NCBI GenBank assembly: GCA_045804645.1
Contig: JBJMMR010000047.1
Coordinates: forward strand, 37,713 to 101,712
Reading direction: 5' to 3'
Source: Chloroflexota bacterium
GTDB taxonomy: Bacteria > Chloroflexota > Limnocylindria > Limnocylindrales > CSP1-4
Length of the DNA stretch: 64,000 nucleotides
The notes beneath the pieces were generated by a model. The model saw nothing but the letters and a program-made list of their open reading frames with translations, ran no database searches and was not told where the DNA came from. Positions within the stretch are counted from its first letter, which is position 1. Each line of letters begins with the position of its first letter. The position numbers and the translations under genes were made by a program. Of the stretch, positions 17,734 to 28,339 are shown in pieces.

Positions 17734-18987
17734 ATGGATCAGAACGACGACTCGATCTTCCCGGATAACGGCCACCTCAACGGCGCGTCAGACGGCGGGA
17801 CGACAGGGTCGGCCGGGGTGAGCGAGGCGCGGGCCACCGCCCGGGCGACCGAAGGCGTCGCGACCGGCCTCCGACCTGGGTTCCTCGCCGAGCTTGCGGT
17901 CGCCATGCGCGCCACCGCCCAGAAGGAACGCGAGCGGATCGCCGCGCGTGTCGCGGACGACGCTGCCGCCCACGTCGAGAGGGTGCGCGCGCGAGCTGCC
18001 ATCGAGACCGACGAGCTGAAGCGCCTCGCCGAAGAGGATGTCCAGCACATCCAGGAATGGTCGGCTTCCGAGATGGAGCGGATCCGGGCTGAGGCCGACA
18101 AGAAGGTCGAGGACCGGCGCTCGAGCCTGGAGGAATACCTCCAGCAACACGACTCGATCATCGACACCGAGATCGAGGGCGTGAACGACGCGGTCAACGC
18201 CTACAGCGCGACGCTCGACCGCTACTTCGAGGAGCTCTCGCAGTCCGAGGACCCGTCGGCGATCGTCGCTCGCGCGGAAGCGCTACCCGCGCCGCCCGAC
18301 CTCGATCAGGTCCGTGCCCAGGCGCGCTCTCGAGCCGTCGCCGCCTTTGCCGCCGCGGACGAGGCGCCGCCCGTCGCAGACGAAGCCCGGCCCGCGTCCG
18401 ACGCCGGCGCCGCGCCACAAGCGCTCGCTGACGTCCCGGTCGCCGAGGCGACGGCCGAGACGGCGATGCCCGAGGCCCCGATGGCCGAGCCGCCGGTCAC
18501 CACAGAAGCCGAGACAGCACGGGTGATGGCCGACACGGCGATGACGCCGGAGGCCACGATCGGCGCGATCGTCGCCGAGCCGGCTCCGACAGTCGAGACG
18601 CCGACGGTCGAGACCCCCACCGTCGATGAGAGCGCTCCGATCGCATCCGCCGCCGCTGCTTACGCGGTCGCCCAGGACACGATGGTCCACGACCGGGCGG
18701 GCATCGCTGAGGCAGCGATCGCCGGGGCAGCGGACCCCGTGAGCGCGGAACCCGGTGCAGCGGAAACCTCCGCGGAACAGCCCGTTAGCGGGACGGCCGC
18801 CATCCCGGTGATGGATCCCAGTGCGACGGCCGACTCCAGCTGGCCCGCCCCCGAGCCCGAGCCGGAGCCCGTGGCGGCGTCGGTCGACCACCAGAGCGCG
18901 GCTGTCCGCCTGCTCCGTTCGGTCGCGCCGTGGACCGCGCCGACCCACGCGGGATCGGGGTCCAACGACCGCTCCGAGTCGGAGTAG
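17734..18987 (+). CDS. hypothetical protein: coiled-coil N-terminal half, Ala/Pro/Thr/Glu-rich C-terminal half
   Basis: ATG lies 8 nt after GGAG. The N-terminal ~190 aa are charged and heptad-like. The C-terminus is low complexity and includes three 15-bp repeats (PTVET PTVET PTVDE, 18586-18630). Confidence 0.6.
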   Translation: MDQNDDSIFPDNGHLNGASDGGTTGSAGVSEARATARATEGVATGLRPGFLAELAVAMRATAQKERERIAARVADDAAAHVERVRARAAIETDELKRLAEEDVQHIQEWSASEMERIRAEADKKVEDRRSSLEEYLQQHDSIIDTEIEGVNDAVNAYSATLDRYFEELSQSEDPSAIVARAEALPAPPDLDQVRAQARSRAVAAFAAADEAPPVADEARPASDAGAAPQALADVPVAEATAETAMPEAPMAEPPVTTEAETARVMADTAMTPEATIGAIVAEPAPTVETPTVETPTVDESAPIASAAAAYAVAQDTMVHDRAGIAEAAIAGAADPVSAEPGAAETSAEQPVSGTAAIPVMDPSATADSSWPAPEPEPEPVAASVDHQSAAVRLLRSVAPWTAPTHAGSGSNDRSESE

Positions 18988-19111
18988 CGCGGCGCCTCAG
19001 GCGCGTACGACAGAGAAGAACGGCCGCACCGCGACATCGGTGCGGCCGCTCTATACTCCGCAGGCCTCGTCCATCCGCACCCCGTGCGCTTGCCACGGAC
19101 GACTGCGCCGC

Positions 19112-19188
19112 GGTGGCCTTAGCTCAATCGGCAGAGCATCGGATTGTGGCTCCGAAGGTTACGGGTTCGAGCCCCGTAGGCCACCCCA
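19112..19188 (+). tRNA. tRNA-His (anticodon GTG)
   Basis: A cloverleaf folds by hand: extra G at -1, acceptor GTGGCCT/AGGCCAC, D stem GCTC/GAGC, anticodon stem TCGGA/TCCGA with loop TTGTGGC, T stem ACGGG/CCCGT with loop TTCGAGC, and an encoded CCA. Confidence 0.9.
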
Positions 19189-19239
19189 ACAACCCTCGAT
19201 CTGACCGACGCCGTTGCCATCGATCCATCACGCCCCGTT

Positions 19240-19261
19240 CCGGCAGGGGGACGTCTGCCGG
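19240..19261. terminator. hairpin between convergent tRNA-His and the DUF4142 gene
   Basis: CCGGCAG-N8-CTGCCGG, a 7-bp stem with no clear U-tract. Confidence 0.3.
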
Positions 19262-19288
19262 GCGGGTCGTGGCGAGGTAGCGCTATCG

Positions 19289-19837
19289 TCAGCGCTCGTC
19301 CGGGTTGGCCCGGTAGGCGCGCTTTGACAGGACAAGGTGGTACTCGAGGACGGGGATCTCGTCCTTGGCGAGGGCCTGGATCTCGTCGTTGCAGCCCATC
19401 TTGACCTCATCCTTGGTCTCGTCGATGTCCTGGATGTGGTCCTTGACCTCGAGCTCGGCGTAGTCGTGCTCGAACTCCTGGCGACCCATCTCGCGCAGCT
19501 CCTCGAGCTGCCACATCTGGGTCGGCGACGGGCCGTCCGGCAACTCGATCCCGTACTTCGCCGCGACGGCCTTGTTCTCGGTGAGCGACTTCTTGTGGTC
19601 GACGATCAGCTGCTTCGCCAGCCGCCGATCGCTCTTGCTGGCGGCCTTGTGCAGCGCGAGCCAGCCGCCCTGGATCTCGAAGTAGTCGCCCTCGGTCGAC
19701 ATCTTCAGCCACGATACGTCCAGTCCGCACACCTGCGTGTCCTGCTTCGTCGAGGTGGCGGCGGTAGCGCTACCCGCCCCGCCGACGAGTGCCCCGACCG
19801 CGATCGCCGCCACTGCGGCGCGCCGTAGGTTGACCAT
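19289..19837 (-). CDS. DUF4142-domain secreted protein
   Basis: Signal peptide MVNLRRAAVAAIAVGALVG, then two helical repeats, each with a DH motif (LIVDHKKS, EVKDHIQD), as in DUF4142. Confidence 0.75.
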   Translation of the reverse strand: MVNLRRAAVAAIAVGALVGGAGSATAATSTKQDTQVCGLDVSWLKMSTEGDYFEIQGGWLALHKAASKSDRRLAKQLIVDHKKSLTENKAVAAKYGIELPDGPSPTQMWQLEELREMGRQEFEHDYAELEVKDHIQDIDETKDEVKMGCNDEIQALAKDEIPVLEYHLVLSKRAYRANPDER

Positions 19838-20038
19838 GTGTCCCCATCTCCTTCCGCCGGTATCCCGCGGCCACACACTTGGTGGCGCGCCGTGGATGGC
19901 GAGGAGTGTCGGAACACGCGAGGAACCGATGCGACGGAGGAGTCCGGAACGCTCCTTCCGGTCGTATCGCACGGTTGCGGCGGCATCGCGTCGGCCCGGA
20001 GCGCCCTTGCTAGCCGGGCTGGATACTAGCCGGGATCG

Positions 20039-20791
20039 TTACTCGACCGGACCCTCGACGTCGTCGTAGACGCGCGCTTCGCGCAGTCGCCCAGTGGCAC
20101 CGCGCTCGTAGACGGCGACACCCGCCTGGTGCGGCATCTCCACGCTTCCCCACTTGACCGCGTTGAACTCGAGGGCGGTCCGTGTCCCGTCCTCAGCGAC
20201 CGTGCAGTGCTCGAGGGTGATGCCGCCCCCAGCACTGAAGAACCGCGCGAAGAACTCGCGCAGGACCGCGCGCCCACAGACACGGAAATCACCGCCTGCG
20301 GGCTCGCGGAAGCAACCGTCGTCCTCGAACGTCGCCGTGATCCGATCCGTGTCTCCCGCTGCGAGCGCCGCTTGGTACTCGCCGACCACGTCCGACTCCC
20401 GGACGTTCGGGTCGCGCGAGAGGAGCGGTGGCCGGATGACGTGATGCCCGAGAAGCGGCCATTGACTGTGATAGACGCGGACCGACAGCTGAGCGGCGGC
20501 GGGATCCGGCTCGACCACGACCGCCACCGGCAGCGCGAAACTTCGCCCGTCCTGCGTCAGGTCGACTTCGAACTCGCCGACGATCCGCCCTTCCCCGACG
20601 GTCGTGGCGATCGGCCGGGCGCGTCCGTCCCGAACCCGCAGCCACTCCGCGGACCAGTCGCGGTACGCCTCGAACGACCCTTCGCCGACGATCCTCCCGG
20701 ACTGGGGGTCATCGATACGCAGGTCCAAAGGTGATTCGTCCAGCCGACCCCCTGCCCGATCGACGACGGTTTGGAACTCCGGAAGCCACAT
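20039..20791 (-). CDS. tandem NTF2/SnoaL-like domain protein
   Basis: 250 aa. The C-terminal half has a SnoaL-type pattern (YQAALAAGDTDRITATFEDDG...R...G...EF). The N-terminal half has a similar length and secondary-structure pattern. Confidence 0.65.
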   Translation of the reverse strand: MWLPEFQTVVDRAGGRLDESPLDLRIDDPQSGRIVGEGSFEAYRDWSAEWLRVRDGRARPIATTVGEGRIVGEFEVDLTQDGRSFALPVAVVVEPDPAAAQLSVRVYHSQWPLLGHHVIRPPLLSRDPNVRESDVVGEYQAALAAGDTDRITATFEDDGCFREPAGGDFRVCGRAVLREFFARFFSAGGGITLEHCTVAEDGTRTALEFNAVKWGSVEMPHQAGVAVYERGATGRLREARVYDDVEGPVE

Positions 20792-20794
20792 GCC

Positions 20795-20865
20795 GCAAGG
20801 CTACCGGCGATCGATGCGCCAAGGCTACCGACGACGGCAGGATGCGCACCAAGGCCGTGACGGAT
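20795..20865. repeat. imperfect tandem direct repeats in a divergent promoter region
   Basis: CAAGGCTACCG(G/A)CGA occurs at 20796 and 20820, with a degenerate third copy near 20849. GATGCGC recurs at 20813 and 20841. Confidence 0.6.
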
Positions 20866-20949
20866 GCCGTTGCCGTCTGCATCCGGGGGCCGCATAGTAG
20901 CGGGCGCTCGGACGGGGGAGTCAGGGGGCTTAGGGAGAGGAGGGTCTCC

Positions 20950-22449
20950 GTGGCGTCCACGACAGCTGAGAGCGGCCTCGAACGCGATGCGATCGGGCTG
21001 CCCGAGCTCCTGTTCCAGTCGATCACGCACATGGCGCCCGCGGTCGCCACCGCCCTCTCGATCGGGGCAGCGACGGCGTTCGCCGGAGGCATCACGCCCC
21101 TCGCGGTCGTGTTCGCGATGATCGCGGTGCTGTTCACCGCCTACTCGATGAGCCAGCTTGCCCGCCATCTGCCGTCGGCGGGCGGCATGTACACCTACGT
21201 CGGCCGCGGACTCGGGCCGTTCCTCGGCTGGCTGGTCGCGTGGTCGTTCGCCCTCGCTGAGCCGATGGTGATGCCGATCCTCCTGGGCGGCTTCGGATTC
21301 TACGGCGCGATCCTGCTGTCGACCTACCTCGGCATCGACTTCCAGTACTCGTGGGTCGCCTTGGCCATCCTGTGCGCGGCGATCGTGTGGTACCTGACCT
21401 ATCGAGGCATCGCCCTGTCCACTCGGACCGGCGTGATCCTCGGCGTGATCGAGATCGCGATCTTCCTGCTGATCTCGACCCTGCTCATCGTGAACGCGCC
21501 GAAGAACACGATCGATGTGTTCCTCCCCGGCAGCGACGGCGTCTTGCCCGCGTTCCAGGGGATGATCTTCTGCCTGCTCGCCTTCGTCGGCTTCGAGGCC
21601 GTCGCTCCGCTGGGTGAGGAAGCGCAGGAGCCGCGCCGGACGATCCCGCGCGCCGTGATCTGGTCGGCCGTCCTGGTCGGTCTGTTCTACGTGTTCAACT
21701 ACTACGCCGCGACCGTCTACTTCGGTCCGGATCGCATGAAGGACTTCTACACGTTCAACAACGGCGACCCGTGGGGCTTCATGGCAGACAAGGTGCTGCC
21801 GATCGGCGGCCTTCTCGTCGTCTTCGCGATCCTCAACAGCTCCTTGGCGAACGCCAACTCCGGCGCGACCGCCGCGACCCGGTCGTTGTTCGCGATGGGC
21901 CGCGCGACGCTCATCCCGCGCTGGTTCGGTGCGGTCCACCCGACATACAAGTCGCCGGTGAATGCGGTCCATTTCCAGGCGGCGATCGGGCTGGTCATCG
22001 CGCTGGCCCTCGGCTTCATCCTTGCCGACGACCCGTTCCCCGGCAGCGGGCCGCTGAACGTCTACGTCTGGCTCGGCACGATGATCGGGCTGCTCTTCGC
22101 GCTGATGTACATCGCGGTGAACGTCGCATGCATCGCCTACTACCTGGGCGAGGGCCGGAGCGAGTTCAACGTCCTCAAGCACGTCGTCGTGCCCGTGCTC
22201 GGCGTCATCGCGATGATCCCGGCCGTGCTGGCGGTGATCGGCGGCGTGACGATCCCGATCCTGAACATCGATCTGCCGCCGTACGAGAACTCCCTTCGCT
22301 ACACGGCGCCCGTCGTCGGGGTCTGGCTCGTGATCGGCGTCGTCTACTACTTCGTCTTGCGCTCACGGAATCCGGAGGCGCTGGCCAGGGTCGACGACGT
22401 CTTCGGCGGCGACAGCGTCGCGACGGCGGAGGGTCGGACCTCGATCTGA
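20950..22449 (+). CDS. APC-family amino acid/amine permease
   Basis: About 12 TM segments and APC motifs (PSAGGMYTYV, FVGFEAVAPLGEEA). GTG at 20950 follows GGAGAGGAGGG. Confidence 0.85.
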   Translation: MASTTAESGLERDAIGLPELLFQSITHMAPAVATALSIGAATAFAGGITPLAVVFAMIAVLFTAYSMSQLARHLPSAGGMYTYVGRGLGPFLGWLVAWSFALAEPMVMPILLGGFGFYGAILLSTYLGIDFQYSWVALAILCAAIVWYLTYRGIALSTRTGVILGVIEIAIFLLISTLLIVNAPKNTIDVFLPGSDGVLPAFQGMIFCLLAFVGFEAVAPLGEEAQEPRRTIPRAVIWSAVLVGLFYVFNYYAATVYFGPDRMKDFYTFNNGDPWGFMADKVLPIGGLLVVFAILNSSLANANSGATAATRSLFAMGRATLIPRWFGAVHPTYKSPVNAVHFQAAIGLVIALALGFILADDPFPGSGPLNVYVWLGTMIGLLFALMYIAVNVACIAYYLGEGRSEFNVLKHVVVPVLGVIAMIPAVLAVIGGVTIPILNIDLPPYENSLRYTAPVVGVWLVIGVVYYFVLRSRNPEALARVDDVFGGDSVATAEGRTSI

Positions 22450-22543
22450 CGGTGAGGTTGGGCGGCGGCCGCGCGCCGGTCGCCGTGCCGCCCGGGGCTC
22501 CGTCGCATATAGGGCCAAAGGCAGCGGTCCTGCCGTCGGGGCC

Positions 22544-23473
22544 TCAGTCGAAGATGGACAGCGGGCAGTGCGCGGTGACGATGACGTTCGGCATATCGAC
22601 GATCTCGCTGATCCGCAGGTCGATCGCGACGCTCGTCAGGAGGTAGGCGTCGATCGCCGAGATCCCGTGCTCGCGTCCCAGCCAGTCGATCATGCGGCTC
22701 ACGGCGTCGCGGGCCGCCTGGTGGAGGTCAGGGCCGACGCCATCCGTTCCGTACCGCTTGCCCACCGGCGTCGAGACATCGGCGGTCACGAATTCGGGAC
22801 CGGTGACGCGGAGGTCCTTGCGCACCGTGAGTCGGACGAGCGTCCGCATCGGGGTCTCGATCGCCGTCCCGCACACCTCGCCGTCGCCCTGTGCCGCGTG
22901 GCCATCGCCCATCGACATGCGCGCACCCTCATGGAAGACGGGGAGGAACAGCGTCGAGCCGGCGGTGAGGTGACGCGTGTCCATGTTGCCGCCGTGGACG
23001 TCGGGCGGGATCGTCGACCGGGGTCCGTCGACCGGCGCCACTCCGATCTCGCCGCAGAACGGGACGATCGGGACGTGGACGCCCGGCAGGAACTCAGCAC
23101 GCTCGCCGGAACGCGGCACACTGGTGATCCGCAGGTACGGCTCCAGGAACTGGTCGGCTAGCAGGCCGAACCCGGGGATGTTCGCCGTCCAGCCCCAGTC
23201 AGCCGGTTCGAACTCGAGGAGATCGATCTGGAGCGCGTCACCGGGCTGCGCACCCGCCACCGCGACGGGACCGTTGACCTGGTCGACCCTTTCGAAATCC
23301 AGTCGACCCAGGTCCTCGACCGTCGAATCCGCCGCCAGCTGACCGCCCGCCGCGTCGAGGAGGTCGAACTCGACGATCGAACCGCTCTCGACGGTCTCGA
23401 TCGGCGGGATGGCTGGGTCCCATGCCAGGTGGTATCGATCGCGCGCGATGTGGACCGCCGGTGTCGTGGCCAT
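22544..23473 (-). CDS. acetamidase/formamidase family protein
   Basis: FmdA/AmdA-type sequence (GPVAVAGAQPGD, HGGNMD, GDGHAAQGDGEV). Confidence 0.85.
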   Translation of the reverse strand: MATTPAVHIARDRYHLAWDPAIPPIETVESGSIVEFDLLDAAGGQLAADSTVEDLGRLDFERVDQVNGPVAVAGAQPGDALQIDLLEFEPADWGWTANIPGFGLLADQFLEPYLRITSVPRSGERAEFLPGVHVPIVPFCGEIGVAPVDGPRSTIPPDVHGGNMDTRHLTAGSTLFLPVFHEGARMSMGDGHAAQGDGEVCGTAIETPMRTLVRLTVRKDLRVTGPEFVTADVSTPVGKRYGTDGVGPDLHQAARDAVSRMIDWLGREHGISAIDAYLLTSVAIDLRISEIVDMPNVIVTAHCPLSIFD

Positions 23474-23483
23474 CGAAGAACCC

Positions 23484-24302
23484 TCAGCTTCCGGCGGCCA
23501 GTGCCGCCACCTTCGCCGATGCCTGCTCGAGGATCGGCTCGCCGTGCCCGACGAGCAACGTTTCGAACGTCAGCTGGCCGAGCTTCCGGATCGAGGCGAG
23601 CGCCTGGTCCATGTCGTCAGTGAACTGCGGGTTGGAGTCGCCCACCTGGCCGCCCTGGGTCGACAGCGCATCGCCCGCGACGAGGATGCCGCCGACCTCA
23701 TCGAACACCGACACGTGGCCGATGGTGTGGCCTGGCGTCGCCACGATCCGCAACCCGAAGACCGTGTCGCCGTCCTTGACCGGCGTCAGTGCGCGCGGTG
23801 ATGTGATGCTGGGGAGGTCGGCTTCGCCCGCGTACCCGGTCGCGTCGGCGGCCGCGCCGAGGATCGCCTCGATGCTGCCCACGTGATCACCGTGCCTGTG
23901 CGTGAGGATCACGTGCCCGACATCGCCCCAGTCGAGCCCCGCCGCGGTCAACGCCCCATGGATCCCGCCGTCGCTGCCTGGCAGCCCGGTATCGACGATC
24001 GCGGCCTCCCCCGCCCTGACCAGGACGTACGCGGACACGAAGCCGAGGTTGGCCCGTTGCCACGTGACGCCGCCGCCCGCCGACGACGGCGGGGCTCCGG
24101 AGGACCCGTCGGTCGAGGCCGATCCGCCGGCTCCGACCGATCCGGTCGACCCGCCGCCCGATGCCGACGACCCCTCGGACGGCGCGGTCGAGCTGAAGGC
24201 GGCTGGACCGCAGGCCGCGACACCCAGGACCGCCAGCGCGATGGACCCGCGGCTCGCGTGGACGAGGAACGAACGGCGGCTGAGGTCCATCGCGTACGTC
24301 AT
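23484..24302 (-). CDS. MBL-fold metallo-hydrolase, probable Tat-exported lipoprotein
   Basis: SRRSFL twin-Arg-like motif and a VAAC lipobox-like site, then a Ser/Gly linker and the THRHGDH zinc motif. Confidence 0.85.
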   Translation of the reverse strand: MTYAMDLSRRSFLVHASRGSIALAVLGVAACGPAAFSSTAPSEGSSASGGGSTGSVGAGGSASTDGSSGAPPSSAGGGVTWQRANLGFVSAYVLVRAGEAAIVDTGLPGSDGGIHGALTAAGLDWGDVGHVILTHRHGDHVGSIEAILGAAADATGYAGEADLPSITSPRALTPVKDGDTVFGLRIVATPGHTIGHVSVFDEVGGILVAGDALSTQGGQVGDSNPQFTDDMDQALASIRKLGQLTFETLLVGHGEPILEQASAKVAALAAGS

Positions 24303-24520
24303 CGTCGGACGATGGTACGACGGGTATGTGGCGCGGATCCTTCCGGCCGCCGACGTCGTGCGCGCCGAAACCGCTTGCTACGGAGCGACGACGCTCGTAC
24401 GATGCGACGACCCTGCTCAGCCACGTACGGGGTCCGTCCGCGTCGCGCCACAGGCACGACATCGCTTCGGCGACTGGGATGCATGGACCCGCGATGGCCG
24501 TCAGGTCGGAGGACTGCGCC

Positions 24521-25621
<1,101 letters not shown>

Positions 25622-25851
25622 CCGGGGATCGACCGTCCGGCGATACGACGGCCCCGGAGGAACCCTCCGGGGCCGATCCGCGTTCGAACGACGCTCGGCC
25701 ACATACGATCGACGACCTCCGAGAGCGCGTCGTCGAGCGCCACGTCATCCATCGCGGCGCGTTCATCGAGTTCCGCGTCGACACCGTCGAGCGAGCCGAT
25801 GGTTCGCGCGCGACGCGCGATTTCGCCGGGCATCCGGGAGCGGTCGCGATC

Positions 25852-26286
25852 GTGGCCATCGACGCTGCCCGCCGCGTCGCCTTGGTCAGGCAATGGCGGC
25901 TCGCCGCTGATGATGCGCTCCTGGAGATCCCCGCCGGGGGCCTCGACATCGCGCACCACGGCTCGAAGGAGGATCCAGGGCTGGCAGCCGCCCGCGAGCT
26001 CGAAGAGGAGACTGGCCTGCGAGCGGGCACCTGGCGAAAGCTCGGCGCCTTCTACTCGGCGCCGGGGTTCACCGATGAGCTGATGCATCTGTACATCGCG
26101 ACGGGATTGACGCCCGCCGACCCGGACGGTCGACTCGGACCCGATGAGGACGAGCGGCTCATCCTCGAATGGCGCCCGTGGCAGGAAGCCGTCTCGCTCG
26201 CAGAGAGCGGTGGGATCCGCGACGCGAAATCGATCGTCGGGCTGTTCTGGCTCGCCCGCGTGATGCAGGCAGACGGCGCGATCTAG
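25852..26286 (+). CDS. NUDIX hydrolase (ADP-ribose pyrophosphatase-like); 5-prime end probably upstream
   Basis: Nudix box GGLD...ARELEEETG. The first canonical start (GTG 25852) cuts the conserved HPGAVAIVAID strand, and the frame is open back to 25525 (see findings). Confidence 0.8.
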   Translation: MAIDAARRVALVRQWRLAADDALLEIPAGGLDIAHHGSKEDPGLAAARELEEETGLRAGTWRKLGAFYSAPGFTDELMHLYIATGLTPADPDGRLGPDEDERLILEWRPWQEAVSLAESGGIRDAKSIVGLFWLARVMQADGAI

Positions 26287-26711
26287 CGGGGCAGTTCGCG
26301 ACCCGACGTCGTCCCAGTCTCGGGCGGAGGGCCGAGGCGAGCGAGCGCATCCCGGTACAACGTCGACTCAGGGCTCAAGGCGCACGCCATCCGCAGGTGC
26401 GTCCGAGCTTCCTTGCGTCGGCCGAGCCGCTTCAGGCTCTGGCCGAGCGCGTAGTGGGCGTAGGGCGCGGACGGATCGAGCTCGAGGACGCGCTCGAACG
26501 TGGCTCGCGCGCGCTCGTGCTGCCCGGAGTTGAAGTACGCGCGCCCGAGCGCCTCGAGGATCGACGCCTTCCGTGGCTCGAGACGGTCGGCGCGCTCGAG
26601 CACGATCGCCGCCTGGGCGTGATGCCTCGAGGCGAGCAAGGCCTCGCCTCGCTGGAAGAGCTCGTAGGCGGATTCGTGCTCCGCAGGGTCGTCGGGTCGT
26701 CGCTCGTCCAC
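26283..26711 (-). CDS. tetratricopeptide repeat protein
   Basis: 142 aa with three TPR-like units (ALGRAYFNSGQHERARATFERVLELDP, YALGQSL...). GTG start. Confidence 0.7.
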   Translation of the reverse strand: MDERRPDDPAEHESAYELFQRGEALLASRHHAQAAIVLERADRLEPRKASILEALGRAYFNSGQHERARATFERVLELDPSAPYAHYALGQSLKRLGRRKEARTHLRMACALSPESTLYRDALARLGPPPETGTTSGRELPR

Positions 26712-26967
26712 GGTCTCATCCTCGCACGACCTGCCGAAGAAGGTCCCTGACGAGGATGCTCGACGGCGTATCGAGGACGCGACGGGCTCGTGGCAGCAAC
26801 ACGCACGGATGCGAACCCACCACGTTCGAAGTGATAGACGAACCGCTCGCGGGGCCGCGAGGGACGCCGCCGTCGCCGCCGTTCGAACCTCCGGTGTTCC
26901 TTCCGACCGAGGAGCGCCGGTTCAGCGGTCCGTTCGAGCACCCCGTGTTCGGCGGGGCTCGCGACCC

Positions 26968-27612
26968 TCAGCGGCAACCCCCGCCGCGACGTCTGGAGCG
27001 GCCGGGTTGACGCGCCGCGGTCGACCGCGGCCCCCGCGACTCGAGCCAGGGCAACAGCATCGCCAGGCTCGACTCGACCACGTCGTCCGGTGTGAACCCC
27101 TTCGCGATCAGCGCGTAGTGCAGCGGCGGACCGATGACCGAACCGACCATCGCAACGACGAGCGGGTCGTCCTCCATCGGCCCGACCGCTTCCTTCACGA
27201 GCGCGTCGAAGCGTTCCTCGTACATCTCGGTCGTGTGCTGGAACGCCGGCGACATCGACGCGTCAGCCGTGAGGACGAACCACCATTCCTGTCCGCGACC
27301 GTAGAACGCGACCAGTTCGTGGGCCAGTCGCGAGACGCGATCGACCGGGGTCTCGAGCCCGTCGAAGATCTCGCTGTCCGGCAGCGCCAGGTCGTCGAGG
27401 ATCATGGCGCCGACTTCGTCGAGCAGGGCGGGCTGATCCGGGAAGTGATTGCGAACGGTCGCCTGCGCGACGTCGGCGGCTTTGGCGATCGCCGGCACCG
27501 TGGCCGCCCGCAACCCGCCGTTCCTGATCAGCTCCATGGCGGAGCGCACGATCGCGGCCCTTGTCCCCGACATCTGTTCGGCGCGTCGTCCGAGGCGATA
27601 TGTACGCGGCAA
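26968..27612 (-). CDS. TetR/AcrR family transcriptional regulator
   Basis: N-terminal HTH (TRAAIVRSAMELIRNGGLRAATVPAIAKAADVAQATVRNHF). Divergent from a membrane protein gene. Confidence 0.85.
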   Translation of the reverse strand: MPRTYRLGRRAEQMSGTRAAIVRSAMELIRNGGLRAATVPAIAKAADVAQATVRNHFPDQPALLDEVGAMILDDLALPDSEIFDGLETPVDRVSRLAHELVAFYGRGQEWWFVLTADASMSPAFQHTTEMYEERFDALVKEAVGPMEDDPLVVAMVGSVIGPPLHYALIAKGFTPDDVVESSLAMLLPWLESRGPRSTAARQPGRSRRRGGGCR

Positions 27613-27644
27613 CCGAACCTCCAGCCAACATTGATTGACTTTGG

Positions 27645-27665
27645 TAGGCAGTCAAATTAGGATGG
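27645..27665. promoter_or_regulatory. candidate TetR operator (inverted repeat) in an AT-richer divergent promoter
   Basis: TTGACT-N9-AGTCAA lies in the 86-bp gap between the TetR gene and the gene at 27699, in a locally AT-rich stretch. Confidence 0.4.
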
Positions 27666-27698
27666 CGCGACCAGCCTATCACTACCACGAGGTCAGCC

Positions 27699-28274
27699 AT
27701 GCTCTCGGACGCGCAGTTGTATCCCGCCGCCGGCGCCTCAGCGGTCGTCTCGCTCATCGCGCTCGTGATCTCGGGCGTCGCGCTCGCACTGTTCTTCGGC
27801 GGCGCAGGCGCGTTCTGGGGACCCGTCAACGACATGTTCCTGGTCGTGACCGTCCTGGCGTTGATCCTTCCGATCCTGGCCGTCGACCGGCTCGCCGCGC
27901 AGCAGGGCGTTGGCTGGATGCGGTTCGTGTCGATCGCGACGATCGTCGGCGTCGTGGTGATCGCGATCGGTCAGACCGCGCTCGTGCTCGGCCTCCTCAC
28001 GCTCGACGGGTCGTACGTCACGGGTGGGATCGGGTTCATCGCGATCATCGTCTGGCTTGTCGCGTTGCCGATCCTCGCGTTCGGGAGCGCGGTCCTGCCC
28101 TCGACCGTCGGCTGGGCCGCGATCGCGGTCCTCGTCCTGATCGGCGTCGAAGCCCTGGTCGCGGCCGCGGCGATGGGACCGCTCCTGTGGATCGCGTCGA
28201 TCGCGCTACTCGGAGCGCTTGTCGCCTGGCTTTGGACCCTGTCCTCGACGCTCCTGTCTCGTCAGGCGGCGTGA
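27699..28274 (+). CDS. integral membrane protein (about 6 TM), unknown function
   Basis: 191-aa hydrophobic ORF with an ATG start, probably controlled by the TetR regulator. Confidence 0.7.
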   Translation: MLSDAQLYPAAGASAVVSLIALVISGVALALFFGGAGAFWGPVNDMFLVVTVLALILPILAVDRLAAQQGVGWMRFVSIATIVGVVVIAIGQTALVLGLLTLDGSYVTGGIGFIAIIVWLVALPILAFGSAVLPSTVGWAAIAVLVLIGVEALVAAAAMGPLLWIASIALLGALVAWLWTLSSTLLSRQAA

Positions 28275-28339
28275 CCGACACCTGACGGCGGGCGTCGAAC
28301 ACCCCACGTTCAAACCGACGAACGCTTCGCTGCGCCGCC

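Noticed and set aside
19112-20100. tRNA-His as an integration hotspot marking a genomic island.
   Set aside because: There is no integrase, no repeat of the tRNA 3-prime end, and no visible compositional shift in the flanking genes.
20557-22182. Very long alternative-frame ORFs, for example 20557-22182(-), 2302-3417(-), 36032-37855(+), 49201-51189(+), 59225-61057(+) and 13876-15210(-).
   Set aside because: Their translations are dominated by Arg/Pro/Gly/Asp runs and have no recognisable motifs. Each lies antisense to or out of frame with a gene that has clear family motifs. This is the usual stop-codon-poor shadow effect in very GC-rich DNA.
26712-26967. A possible small gene in the 256-bp gap between the TPR and TetR genes (parts of track ORFs 26432-26977 and 26573-27010).
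   Set aside because: Both candidate frames continue as shadows through neighbouring genes, lack SD-start pairs and give low-complexity translations.
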